DNA of 64,000 nt from Candidatus Eiseniibacteriota bacterium (GTDB lineage: Bacteria > Eisenbacteria > RBG-16-71-46), in NCBI GenBank assembly GCA_963717505.1, contig OY970342.1:3424001-3488000 (forward strand), given 5' to 3'. Position 1 is the first letter of the stretch. Every line of letters starts with the position of its first letter. The position numbers and the translations under genes are program-made. Of this stretch, positions 9,245 to 18,900 are shown piece after piece. Under the pieces are notes generated by a model that ran no database searches, was not told the origin of the DNA, and was given only the letters and a program-made list of their open reading frames with translations.

Positions 9245-10252
9245 TCATTCGGGCGGTCGAGTTCCTCTCCGACCCACCTGTTGCACCCTCGCCGCCTCCC
9301 GCTCGATCAACTCATCCGTCACGCGCGCGTAGCGCATCGTGGTGCTGAGGTCCCGATGCCCGAGGATCTGCTGGAGCACCGCGAGATTTCCGCCCGCCTC
9401 GAGCCAGCGCATGGCGAACGTGTGCCGGCAACGATGCACGTGGAAATCCGGGATGCCGGTGTAACGGCGAACCGTGCGCGAGAACGATCCCGGGCTCCCG
9501 GCGGCGAACGGCACGAGCCGATGGTCGATCTCAACAATCTCCGCGAGTAGCTCTGGGCTCAGTGGCACACGACGTATCCTTCCCGACTTGGTGTTGCCGA
9601 CCTCGAGCAGTACGCCTCGAACGTCGGCACGCGTAGCACGGCAGGCTTCGGCCCAACGCAGGCCGGTTCCCAGCAAGAACCTGAGAACGAATCCGCCGAG
9701 CCCGGGGAACGCAACCAGCGTCGCAACCTCGCGGTCGTTGAAGCCGCGCGGTGCGACCTCGGAGATCCTGGGCATGACGCGGTCGGGAAAGGGGGAGCGC
9801 TCGATCAGTCCGGCGCTCACCGCCCAGCGCAGGAAGCAGCGCAGGTCGCTCAGCACGTGCGTCACGGTGTACGGGCTCAACCGCCAATGATCTTCGAGCA
9901 TCAACCGGAACTCACGGATGTGCTCGCCATTCAGCTCTCGGAGCGTGGTCGGAGGGAGCCAGCCGAGCACGTAGGTGTCGAATCGACTCCGGGCGAGCCG
10001 CTGGCCCTTGGGGTTCCTCGTGGTCGCCACGTACGAGGCGAGCCAGCGGTAGCCGGCTTCGAGCAACGTCGGCCCCGATTCCCGGTCGAGCTCGGTCGAA
10101 ACAGGAGGGGGCAGAAACAACTGCCTGTGCCTTCTGCACCTGTCGCTCGTGGCGTCACCCCTGGGAACAAAGTAGGCGGGGGGGCAGTGCAATTCCGGCC
10201 GGGATCTGGCTCTGGCTGCACCGGACCCAGCTCCATGCACGGGTCGCACCAC
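9245..10252 (-). CDS. tyrosine recombinase/phage-type integrase (start uncertain)
   Basis: Full catalytic set: TGLRWAE, TKSG, HRCRH, LGH, TTMRY; SAM-like core-binding domain. Confidence 0.85.
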   Translation of the reverse strand: MVRPVHGAGSGAARARSRPELHCPPAYFVPRGDATSDRCRRHRQLFLPPPVSTELDRESGPTLLEAGYRWLASYVATTRNPKGQRLARSRFDTYVLGWLPPTTLRELNGEHIREFRLMLEDHWRLSPYTVTHVLSDLRCFLRWAVSAGLIERSPFPDRVMPRISEVAPRGFNDREVATLVAFPGLGGFVLRFLLGTGLRWAEACRATRADVRGVLLEVGNTKSGRIRRVPLSPELLAEIVEIDHRLVPFAAGSPGSFSRTVRRYTGIPDFHVHRCRHTFAMRWLEAGGNLAVLQQILGHRDLSTTMRYARVTDELIEREAARVQQVGRRGTRPPE

Positions 10253-10290
10253 GAGGGCACGCGAGCTTCTTCGACGCGGGAGGGATCGTT

Positions 10291-12708
10291 CTACAACAAC
10301 ACGATTCTGGCGATCGCCCGCTCGTCTCCGACTCGAAGTTCGAGGAAATACACTCCCGGCGCGATCCGCGCGCTGCGATCGGCACGGGACCAGCGCAGCG
10401 CTCGTGAGCCCACCTCCAGCCTGGCATTCAGCAGCTCGCCGACCTTGCGCCCGCCCAGGTCGAAGACGCGAAGCGCTGCCTGGCCAGCGTGGGTGAGCAC
10501 CAGCTCCACGGTGACGTCACCCACCGCGGGCGAGGGGCGCGCGCGGAGCGCGAGGCTCGACGCGCGCAATGGTTCCGGCTTCACACCGGTCCACGACGCG
10601 CTGCCCCGGTTCAGCAACACCGACGCCGACGCCGCGTCGGTGTTCGCGGTCACCAGGTCGGGCATGCCGTCGCCGTTCACATCGCCGACGGCGATGGAAG
10701 CAGGCCGCAGTCCGGTTCCGTAGTCCCGCTTCGGGCTCAGCGTGCCGTCGCCATTTCCAATCAGCACGGCAACGGTGGAGCCTCCTGCCACCGCGACGTC
10801 GGTGGCCCCGTCGCCATCCAGGTCCGCGACCGTCACGCTGCCCGAGCCGGCAGGATAGGATGCGGGTGGCCCGAACGTGCCATCACCGTTGCCCGGAAGC
10901 ACCTTCAGGGTCTGGTTGGACTCCGTCACGAGGAGGTCGGGGTTCTCGTCGTCGTTCAGATCGACGATCGCGATCCCGAGCCGGCCACCGACCGCAAGGT
11001 CGGTGCGCGGTTGCAGCGTGCCGTCGCCGTTGCCGAGCAGCACCGACACCGACGTCGACTTGCCGTTGGTCACGGCGACGTCGACATGACCGTCGCGGTT
11101 CAGATCGCCCACCGCGACTGCGTTCGGGTGGTCGCCAACCGCGTAGTCGGTGGACGCGCCGAACGTGCCATCGCCGACTCCGAGCAGCACCGAAACCTGA
11201 TCGAGCGTGTCGGCCACGGCCACGTCGAGCTCGCCGTCCTCGTCGAGGTCGGCGATCGCGATCGAGGTCGGTCCGGTTCCGGTCGCGAACGACATTGCGG
11301 GTCCGAAGCCACCGGTACCCAGGCCGCGCAGGACCGAGATCGTATTGCCGGCCAGGTTCGCGAGCACCAGGTCCAGGGCGCCATCGCCGTCGAGATCGTG
11401 AAGGAGCAGGGCATTCGGCTGGTTGCCCGCGACGTGGTCCTGCCCCGGGCCGAAGCCGCCGTTGCCGTCGCCGAACCGGATCGTGACCCCGGGCAATCCG
11501 TGACTCGCCACCGCGAGGTCGAGCGCGCCGTCGCCGTCGACGTCGCCGAGCGCAACCGCCGTGGGCGAGGACGGTGTCGCGACCGAGTGGTCCACGCCGA
11601 ACGAGCCGTTGCCGAGACCCGGCCGCAGCCACACGGCGTGCGCGTTGACGATCGCCAGGTCGAGATGGCCATCGTTGTCGAAATCCGCCACCCCGAGCCC
11701 GTACGGGCCGCTCGCGCCGTAGGTCCGATGAAGAACGAATGTCCCATCACCGAGTCCCCGGAGCACCGTGTTCGTGTTCGAGCGCGGGTTGCCGGTGACG
11801 AGGTCCAGCGTCCCGTCCTCGTCGACGTCGGCTGCGACGACGACCAGGGGGCCGCTGGCGGTCTTCACCTCGATCGGCGTCCCGAACGTTCCGTCGCCCA
11901 GCCCCAGGAAGACGGACACCGTCGAGCACGGGTGACAGCTGTTGCCCGCGGCGAGGTCGACGTCGCCGTCGACGTCGAAGTCTGCGGCCACGACGGTCTG
12001 GGACGCATAGCCGATCGGGTAGTCGGTGCGGGGCTGGAACGTGCCGTCGCCGTTTCCGAGCAGCACTGCCATGCTGAACTGGCCGCTGTTCGTGGCGGCA
12101 ACGTCGAGGGCGCCATCGTGGTTGAAGTCCGCGACCGCGAGCCCGTGCGGGTTGCTGCCGGTGGCGCCCTGGGTAATGGCTCCCAGCGTGCCGTCGCCGT
12201 TTCCGTGCAGGACCTGGACGGTGTTGTTGCCGCCGGTGGTCACGATCACGTCGGGCGTGTCATCGCCGTCCATGTCGGCGATCGCGATCGCCTGCGGGAA
12301 GGTGGCGACGGCGTACGACGTCGCGGGGCCGAACGTGCCGTCACCCAGACCGAGCCGCACGGAAACGGAGGCACCGGTCCAGTCGGCCGAAACGATGTCG
12401 GGCACGGTGTCGCCGTCGAGGTCCCCGAGACCGAGGGCACGCGGTCGCGAGCCCATCAGGTACACGACGCGCGGCGCGAACGTGCCGTCGCCGTTCGAGA
12501 GCAGGACTTCGACGCCACCGAACTCGGTGCCGATGACGAGATCCGGGTCACCGTCGGCGTCGAGGTCCGAGGTCGCTCCGAAGGTGCCATCGCCAGTATC
12601 GAAGGAGAGGAAGGGCGCTGCGAACCGCGTGTCGGCCAGCGCGGCCTGGAAGCAAACGGCCAGGAGGATGACCGACGCGAGCAGCGACGCTGTGCGAGTG
12701 CGGTCCAT
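10291..12708 (-). CDS. secreted FG-GAP/VCBS-repeat protein with FlgD-Ig/T9SS-CTD-like C-terminus
   Basis: Signal peptide; many D(L/F)DGDGxxD(L/V) repeats with GNGDGTF; C-terminal LRVFDLGGRKV...PGVYFL. Confidence 0.85.
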   Translation of the reverse strand: MDRTRTASLLASVILLAVCFQAALADTRFAAPFLSFDTGDGTFGATSDLDADGDPDLVIGTEFGGVEVLLSNGDGTFAPRVVYLMGSRPRALGLGDLDGDTVPDIVSADWTGASVSVRLGLGDGTFGPATSYAVATFPQAIAIADMDGDDTPDVIVTTGGNNTVQVLHGNGDGTLGAITQGATGSNPHGLAVADFNHDGALDVAATNSGQFSMAVLLGNGDGTFQPRTDYPIGYASQTVVAADFDVDGDVDLAAGNSCHPCSTVSVFLGLGDGTFGTPIEVKTASGPLVVVAADVDEDGTLDLVTGNPRSNTNTVLRGLGDGTFVLHRTYGASGPYGLGVADFDNDGHLDLAIVNAHAVWLRPGLGNGSFGVDHSVATPSSPTAVALGDVDGDGALDLAVASHGLPGVTIRFGDGNGGFGPGQDHVAGNQPNALLLHDLDGDGALDLVLANLAGNTISVLRGLGTGGFGPAMSFATGTGPTSIAIADLDEDGELDVAVADTLDQVSVLLGVGDGTFGASTDYAVGDHPNAVAVGDLNRDGHVDVAVTNGKSTSVSVLLGNGDGTLQPRTDLAVGGRLGIAIVDLNDDENPDLLVTESNQTLKVLPGNGDGTFGPPASYPAGSGSVTVADLDGDGATDVAVAGGSTVAVLIGNGDGTLSPKRDYGTGLRPASIAVGDVNGDGMPDLVTANTDAASASVLLNRGSASWTGVKPEPLRASSLALRARPSPAVGDVTVELVLTHAGQAALRVFDLGGRKVGELLNARLEVGSRALRWSRADRSARIAPGVYFLELRVGDERAIARIVLL

Positions 12709-12800
12709 GGAGGTGAGTATAGCGCGCTTGCCGGGTGTTTTGACTCACCCGGGGTCACCACCAATCGTGCTAGCTTTGGCAGCCCTGGAAACCATGCCTC

Positions 12801-13520
12801 ATGGAGGAGCTCATGTCTGAACCGAGAGAGATGAAGACCATCGCAGTGCTGGGTGGGGTTGGACCGCAAGCCACCATGGACTTCGAGGCACGCGTCCACC
12901 GCGAATCGCAGCGGAGGATTCCCGCGATGAACTTCTCGGGGTATCCACCCATGGTGGTCCACTACTATCGTCGTGCTCCCTTCCTTCTCGATGAACAAGG
13001 CACGCCGATCCAGCCGCTGAAAGTCGATCCCGAGTTCCTGCGCGCCGCCGCACGCCTCAGCGGGTCCGGCGATTTTCTGGTCATCCCTTCGAACGCCACG
13101 CATCTCTTCGAGGCCGAGATCGAACGGGCATCAGGACTGGAGGTGCTGAGCATCATCGAGGTGACGCTTGCCGAGGTCCAGAATCGAGGTTGGAAGAAGA
13201 TCGGCGTTCTCGGATTTGGCGAGCCGACGGTCTACACCAATCGACTGACGGCGATGCGCATGGACTTCGAGATCCTCGATCCTGAGCTTCGCCCAGGTCT
13301 GGACGCGGCCATCTTCAGGCTCATCGAGGGGCGCGAGGACGACAGCTCACGCCGCGCGGCCAAGGAAGCGGTCGCAGCACTCCGCGGACGCGGGGTCGAC
13401 GGGATCATCCTCGGGTGCAGCGAGATCCCGCTCCTCCTGGGGGCGGACGCCGAGGCCCCGGACCTGGTCAATCCCGTCGAGCGGCTGGCCAAGGCCGCGG
13501 TGTCGCGAGCGCTCGAATAG
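12801..13520 (+). CDS. aspartate/glutamate racemase family protein
   Basis: IAVLGGVGPQAT, VIPSNATH, ILGCSEIP. Confidence 0.8.
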   Translation: MEELMSEPREMKTIAVLGGVGPQATMDFEARVHRESQRRIPAMNFSGYPPMVVHYYRRAPFLLDEQGTPIQPLKVDPEFLRAAARLSGSGDFLVIPSNATHLFEAEIERASGLEVLSIIEVTLAEVQNRGWKKIGVLGFGEPTVYTNRLTAMRMDFEILDPELRPGLDAAIFRLIEGREDDSSRRAAKEAVAALRGRGVDGIILGCSEIPLLLGADAEAPDLVNPVERLAKAAVSRALE

Positions 13521-13612
13521 CTGACCCCGCAAGCATCTGGCCATCGGGCGACCATGGACTCCGCGAAATCCCCCGGACCTAGATCTTCATTGATCCGCCC
13601 AAGAAACATCTC

Positions 13613-13663
13613 TTGACAGCCGCCCCGCAATGCTGAAATATCAGCACTGCTGAAATTACAGCA
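13613..13663 (+). promoter_or_regulatory. blaI promoter with tandem palindromic operators
   Basis: TTGACA at 13613; TGCTGA-AATA-TCAGCA (13631-13646) and TGCTG-AAATTA-CAGCA (13648-13663). Confidence 0.75.
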
Positions 13664-13712
13664 GGCCCAAAGCACTCGAACTCTGTTCCGCAACCCGCGA
13701 GGACCCGCCCAC

Positions 13713-14114
13713 ATGCGCAAGCGCCCCGTCACCGAAGACCTCAGTCGCCGCGAGCGCCAGGTCATGGAGATCCTCCATCGCAAGGGGGAATCCACCGTCG
13801 CCGAGATCATGCAGGCGCTGCCCGACCCGCCGACCTATTCGGCGGTCCGATCGATCCTCCGCATCCTGGGAGGGAAGGGGATGGTGAGTCACCGCGAAGA
13901 CGGTCCACGCTACGTTTACGCGCCAGCCCGCCCGACCGACAAGGCGCGTGACGACGTCCTGGCGCACGTCGTCCAGACCTATTTCTCGGGCTCGGTCGAG
14001 CACACGGTGAATGCGCTCTTGCTCTTGTCCGACACGAAACTCAACGACACGGACCTCAACCGGCTGCGCGACCGGATTCGGCGCGCCCGCCAGAGCGAAG
14101 GGGACCGGACATGA
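13713..14114 (+). CDS. BlaI/MecI/CopY family repressor
   Basis: LSRRERQVMEIL...TYSAVRSILRIL..KG.V.....GPRYVY...YFSGS. Confidence 0.92.
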   Translation: MRKRPVTEDLSRRERQVMEILHRKGESTVAEIMQALPDPPTYSAVRSILRILGGKGMVSHREDGPRYVYAPARPTDKARDDVLAHVVQTYFSGSVEHTVNALLLLSDTKLNDTDLNRLRDRIRRARQSEGDRT

Positions 14115-16156
14115 TTCTCGGGATCTTCGATCCACTTGCGAGCCCTGCGACTGCAGCCGCGTTGGCCGCAGCGCTCACGCTGATCAAGATGACGCTCGTC
14201 CTGCTGGCGGCGCTCGCCGTCACACTCGCGATGCGTCGAGCGCCGGCGGGTGCTCGTCATCTGGTCTGGCTGGTGGCGCTGGCCACCATGCTCCTGATTC
14301 CGGTCGTGTCGGCCTGGGGGCCGGTCTCGTTGCCGGTGCTGCCCCAGGTCGCGAGCAAGACGTTGGGGTCGCCGGTCGCCACTGCATCGCTGTCGACTCC
14401 GACACCTGCGCAAGCGCCTACGCCACCAGTCCTGGCCGCGTCGAGCACAACGTCGCCGGGTCCGGCGAGCACGCCGGCCGCCGCCCCTCGTTCCTTCAGC
14501 GTCGGCGCGCTGATGCTGGCGATTTGGGCGTTGGGCATCCTCATCCTGCTCGGCAAGCTGGCGCTCGGCGCGTGGTCGGTTCGACGCATCGTCCGTGGGG
14601 CGCGTGTGCTCGACCGCACCGAGTGGCGGCAGCCGCTCTATGAGATCGCCGACCGCCTGGGGCTCCGTGATGCCCCCGAGTTGCTGCAGAGCGATCGCAT
14701 CACGATCCCGTTCGCCTCCGGGCTCTGGCGAAGCCGCATCGTGCTGCCGGTCGAGAGTCAGGAATGGAGCGAGGAGCGGCGGAGTGCTGTGCTCATGCAC
14801 GAGCTGGGTCACGTGCGCCGGCGCGATCTGGTCGGCCACACGCTGAGCCGGATCGTTTGCGCGCTCTACTGGTTCCACCCACTGGTGTGGACCGCGGCGC
14901 AACGCCTGCGCGCCGAGAGCGAGCGCGCGTGCGACGACCTGGCGCTCGGGCTGGGAGTGCGCCCGAGCGACTACGCCGAGCACCTGCTCGACATCGTGTC
15001 GGGAGTGCGCGATCGGCGCACGCCGGCGGTGGCGCTCGCGATGGCCAATCCGAACGAGTTCGAGGGGCGCATGCTGGCGATCCTCGATCCGCGCATCCCA
15101 CGCCGCGGACTCCGCCGCGCGCATGCGGCCTGGCTCGCCGGCACGCTGGCGGCACTGGCGCTGGTGGTCGGCGCCATGGCGCCCGTCCCGCGGACGACCG
15201 CGACGGCGGGGGAGTCCACACCCCCTGGTCCCGACGCCGTGCACGTCGCGCCGCAAGTCGTGTCGCGGGTCGAGCGCAAGTCGCAGAGCAAGACAACCGT
15301 CCGCCGCGAGACTCGCACCAAGAACTCGTCTGCTTTGGAGGAATCGACCGAGCCGATGGCGCCGATCGATGCCACGGAAGCGATTGCCATGGCTACCGCC
15401 GAAGACTCGGACACGAATGGCGACACCAAGGATCAGGACGGAAGCCGGAGGATCGCGGCTCTGGCCAAGGCGCTGCGGACGGATTCGAACGTCGAGGTCC
15501 GTCGAGTGGCCGCATGGGGCCTCGAGCGATTCGCCGAGTCCGATCAGGCGGCCGACCCGCTGGCGGCAGCGCTCGGAGCCGACGCTGCTGAGGAAGTGCG
15601 CGAGATGGCGGCCTGGGCGCTGTCGGAGAGCCGGGGGAACGCCGCGGCCATGGCAGCACTCCAGAAAGCATTCAAGAACGACAAGAGCCGGTCGGTGCGC
15701 CGCACCGCGGCTTGGGCGGCGGGGGAGATCGGTGATCGCTCGTCGGTCGCGGGGCTCATCAGTCTTCTGGCCGACACCGATGCCGACATCCGCGAAGTCG
15801 CGGCCTGGGCGATCGGCAGCTGCGAGCCCGAGAAGGCTCCGGCGGAGCTGGTTCGCCTGCTCTCGGACCCCAATCGCGACGTGCGGCTTTCGGTGGCCTG
15901 GGCGCTGAGCATGATCGAGGACCCGGAGACCGCCGACGAACTCGAGGCCGCGTTCAACCGCGAGAAGGACCCCGAGGTGCAGCAGGGTCTCATCCATGCG
16001 CTGGGCTCGATGGGGGATCGGGCAATCGACACCCTTACGCGACTCGTCGGCTCGTCCAATCCCGAGATCCGCGCCGTGGCGGTGGCCGCGCTGGCCGGCG
16101 GCAACGTGTCCGGACCCTGGCCATGGCCTCGGCCCGAGCCGCGCCCCTATCCCTAA
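14111..16156 (+). CDS. BlaR1-like M56 metallopeptidase with C-terminal HEAT repeats
   Basis: TM helices, HELGH zinc motif, YWFHPLVW..ESERACDD; VRxxAAWAL repeats; PWPWPRPEPRPYP tail. Confidence 0.9.
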   Translation: MILGIFDPLASPATAAALAAALTLIKMTLVLLAALAVTLAMRRAPAGARHLVWLVALATMLLIPVVSAWGPVSLPVLPQVASKTLGSPVATASLSTPTPAQAPTPPVLAASSTTSPGPASTPAAAPRSFSVGALMLAIWALGILILLGKLALGAWSVRRIVRGARVLDRTEWRQPLYEIADRLGLRDAPELLQSDRITIPFASGLWRSRIVLPVESQEWSEERRSAVLMHELGHVRRRDLVGHTLSRIVCALYWFHPLVWTAAQRLRAESERACDDLALGLGVRPSDYAEHLLDIVSGVRDRRTPAVALAMANPNEFEGRMLAILDPRIPRRGLRRAHAAWLAGTLAALALVVGAMAPVPRTTATAGESTPPGPDAVHVAPQVVSRVERKSQSKTTVRRETRTKNSSALEESTEPMAPIDATEAIAMATAEDSDTNGDTKDQDGSRRIAALAKALRTDSNVEVRRVAAWGLERFAESDQAADPLAAALGADAAEEVREMAAWALSESRGNAAAMAALQKAFKNDKSRSVRRTAAWAAGEIGDRSSVAGLISLLADTDADIREVAAWAIGSCEPEKAPAELVRLLSDPNRDVRLSVAWALSMIEDPETADELEAAFNREKDPEVQQGLIHALGSMGDRAIDTLTRLVGSSNPEIRAVAVAALAGGNVSGPWPWPRPEPRPYP

Positions 16157-16229
16157 AGAGAAGAAATAGAGCAGCGATCAGGAAACCGACCCATGAATCC
16201 GTCGAGGAGAGTCTTGCGCTGCCCGGTCG

Positions 16230-16245
16230 TGCTGAAATATCAGCA
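16230..16245. promoter_or_regulatory. second copy of the putative BlaI operator
   Basis: TGCTGAAATATCAGCA, identical to 13631-13646, 33 nt before the HEAT gene ATG. Confidence 0.75.
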
Positions 16246-16278
16246 CATGGTCGCGGCGCCCAACGATCGGAGCCGATC

Positions 16279-17607
16279 ATGAACCTGTTCGTCTTCCAGG
16301 CAGTCATTCTGCTGGTCACGATGCTCCCGAGCCACGCCGCGGCGGCGCCTGCCAGCAACACCGCGGTCTCGCAGGCGATCCATGACCTGATCGATTCGGC
16401 CCGCGGCGCGCCGGCCGTGCTCTGCGAGTACGCCGCGCGCTCGCTCCAGTCCGGATGGGGGTGGACGGATGCGCCGGCTTCTCCGCTCGGCGCACGCCGT
16501 CGGGGGTTTCACGAGAGCCAGCTCTCGACCGAGGACATTCGATTCCTGCTCGAGAGCCTCGACAGCCCGGACCCTTGCGTTCGCGAGCTGGCAGTGCGAA
16601 TCGTCGCCGGCGTCGAGCGCGAAGAGGTTACGACCGGGCTCCTGCAACGTCTCGCCTCGAGCGACTCGTCGATCCGGGTGACGGCCAGCCTCGGTCTCGG
16701 AATCGCCGAGCCCAAGCGCGCGGTCGAAGCGTTGATTCGCGCGACGGGAGACGTCTCGCCCAGCGTGCGCGCCAACGCGATCTGGGCTTTGGGCCGAATC
16801 GGAGACTCTCGCGCGGTGGCACCGGCAACCCACTGTCTCGAGGACCGATCGCCGCTCGTGCGCAGGACCGCGGCGGAAACGCTCGGGCACCTCGAGGCGA
16901 CCAGCGCGCTCCCGGCGCTGGTCCGGGCGCTCCAGGGTGACGACGTCGTGTCGGTCCGGCGCGTGGCGGCGTGGGCCATCGTTCAGATCCAGGGGAGCGA
17001 GTCGGCGCAGCACATTTCAGCGGCATTGCGCGACGACAAAGACGCTTCGGTCCGCGAGATGTGCGCATGGGGCCTCGGCAACCTCGACCAGCATTCCGCC
17101 GTGCCCCTGCTGGTGACGGCGGCGAAGAGCGATGTCGACGAAGAGGTGCGCGAAGCCGCGGCTTGGTCCCTGGGTGAGCACGGAGCAGAGTCCGGAGCCA
17201 AGGTGCTCGGCGAACTGGTCGAGCGGGATCGCAGCACCGAGGTGCGGTGCACGGCGGCGTGGGCCCTGGGTCAACTCGGACTGGAATCGGCACCGAAGGG
17301 GTTGATCGCAGCACTCTCCGACCCCGATCCCAAACTTCGACTCACGGCGGCATGGGCGCTCTCGGAGATCGGCGATCCGGCGGCCGTGCCTGCGCTCCGA
17401 ACCGCATTGTCGCGCGAGAAGAACGACCGGGCCCGTAAGGCGGAGGTGCGCGCGCTCATCCACTCGGGGGAGAGCGGGGAACGCCTGACCGAGCTGCTCG
17501 AGTCGGACGATCCCGAAATGCGCAAGATCGCGATCCAGGCGGTCGCGGGCCGGCACGGCATGGAACCGTGGCCCTGGCCGCAACCACGCCCTCGCCCGTT
17601 CCCCTGA
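16279..17607 (+). CDS. secreted HEAT-repeat protein
   Basis: Signal peptide (..LLVTMLPSHAAA); about 11 HEAT repeats; PWPWPQPRPRPFP tail. Confidence 0.85.
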   Translation: MNLFVFQAVILLVTMLPSHAAAAPASNTAVSQAIHDLIDSARGAPAVLCEYAARSLQSGWGWTDAPASPLGARRRGFHESQLSTEDIRFLLESLDSPDPCVRELAVRIVAGVEREEVTTGLLQRLASSDSSIRVTASLGLGIAEPKRAVEALIRATGDVSPSVRANAIWALGRIGDSRAVAPATHCLEDRSPLVRRTAAETLGHLEATSALPALVRALQGDDVVSVRRVAAWAIVQIQGSESAQHISAALRDDKDASVREMCAWGLGNLDQHSAVPLLVTAAKSDVDEEVREAAAWSLGEHGAESGAKVLGELVERDRSTEVRCTAAWALGQLGLESAPKGLIAALSDPDPKLRLTAAWALSEIGDPAAVPALRTALSREKNDRARKAEVRALIHSGESGERLTELLESDDPEMRKIAIQAVAGRHGMEPWPWPQPRPRPFP

Positions 17608-17715
17608 CGTCCGCACCCCACCGGGTGCATCCCCGCGGCGGCTGAGGAAGTCGCCGCTGACTGCTATCATCGGCGCGCCATCCAGGATCCCATCCACTCT
17701 CAGGAGGCTGCGCCC

Positions 17716-18876
17716 ATGACGCTCCGCCGGACTTTGCTGGTTGCTCCCCTCATGTTCGGTCTGGCTGCCCCGCTCGCTGCGCAGGATTCGGGCAGTTTCA
17801 TCATCCGCCTCGGCCGCGACACCACCGCCGTCGAGACCTACACGCGCACGGGAACCAAGACGGTCGTCGACCAGGTCGGGCGCGCGCCGCGGGTGCTCAA
17901 GCGGCACTACGAGTTCGAGGTGGGTGCCACCGGGGCGTCGATGCGCGCGAGTGCGGTGATCACCAGCCCGTCGGCCGCTGCCGGCACTGCACCGGTTCAG
18001 CACGTCTCGGTCATCGCCGGGGATTCGCTCAGCGTCGAGTCCCGCCGGGACACCGTCGTCCAGCGGCTGCGCGTCGCCAACGCGGCCGGCCTCGTGCTCA
18101 ACGCCGGCGCGAGCCCGTGGTCGGTGTACGACATGCTCAGCATCCGCCGGACTGCGTCCAAGGCCGACAGCCTGCGACTGCCGATGTACCAGCTTGGCGC
18201 GTCGAGCCTCACCCGGGTCACCGTAGCGGGGCTCGGTCGCGACTCGATCGCCATCCAGACCGAGAACGATCGGTACCACGCGAAAATCGACGCCTCGGGA
18301 CGGATCCAGAACGTAGTTCCGATCTGGGGGACGGTGCGCGTGCACGTCGATCGGGTCAGCAGCGTGGATCTGGCCGCGCTGACCGCGTCGTTCGCGGCGC
18401 GCGAGCAGCAGGGCACCGGGCTCGGGCCGCTCTCGACGCGCGACACGGTGCGCGCGACGGCCGGCGGTGCGTCCCTGTGGATCGACTACGGACGACCGGC
18501 CAAGCGCGGACGTACCATCTTCGGCAACGTGGTCCCGTTTGGCGAGCTGTGGCGCACCGGCGCCAACGCCGCGACTCAGCTCCGTACCGACAAGGCGCTC
18601 GAGCTCGGCGGCGTCACCATTCCTGCGGGGTTCTACTCCCTGTGGACCATTCCATCGGCCGGCGGCTGGAAGCTGATCTTCAATAGCGAAACCGGAATCT
18701 CTGGCACCGCCCACAAGGCGGACAAGGACCTTCACACGGTCGACATGAAGGTGTCGGCGATCCAGGAGCCGGTCGAGCGCTTCACGATCGGAGTCGAGCC
18801 CGGCGCCGGGGGCGGCGTGCTGTACATGGACTGGGACAACACGCGGGCCTCGATCCCGTTCACCGTCAAGCCCTGA
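17716..18876 (+). CDS. secreted DUF2911-domain protein
   Basis: Signal peptide; IDYGRPAKRGRTIFG..VPFGELWRTGANAAT. Confidence 0.8.
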   Translation: MTLRRTLLVAPLMFGLAAPLAAQDSGSFIIRLGRDTTAVETYTRTGTKTVVDQVGRAPRVLKRHYEFEVGATGASMRASAVITSPSAAAGTAPVQHVSVIAGDSLSVESRRDTVVQRLRVANAAGLVLNAGASPWSVYDMLSIRRTASKADSLRLPMYQLGASSLTRVTVAGLGRDSIAIQTENDRYHAKIDASGRIQNVVPIWGTVRVHVDRVSSVDLAALTASFAAREQQGTGLGPLSTRDTVRATAGGASLWIDYGRPAKRGRTIFGNVVPFGELWRTGANAATQLRTDKALELGGVTIPAGFYSLWTIPSAGGWKLIFNSETGISGTAHKADKDLHTVDMKVSAIQEPVERFTIGVEPGAGGGVLYMDWDNTRASIPFTVKP

Positions 18877-18900
18877 CACATTCCCAGAGAGGAGTAGGAG

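Larger units (their letters stand above)
5439..10260. mobile_element. putative tRNA-linked islet (TA modules plus integrase); boundaries uncertain
   Basis: Starts at the tRNA 3' end; three TA pairs, a remnant and an integrase; visibly less GC-rich; no attR duplication found. Confidence 0.45.

Noticed and set aside
5439-10252. Integron (integrase plus TA/DHFR cassettes)
   Set aside because: The recombinase lacks the IntI-specific insertion, genes are in mixed orientation, and no attC-like RYYYAAC..GTTRRRY structures were seen
10801-10810. 10-bp match to the tRNA 3' end as a possible attR
   Set aside because: Inverted, short, GC-rich and inside an intact CDS; expected by chance
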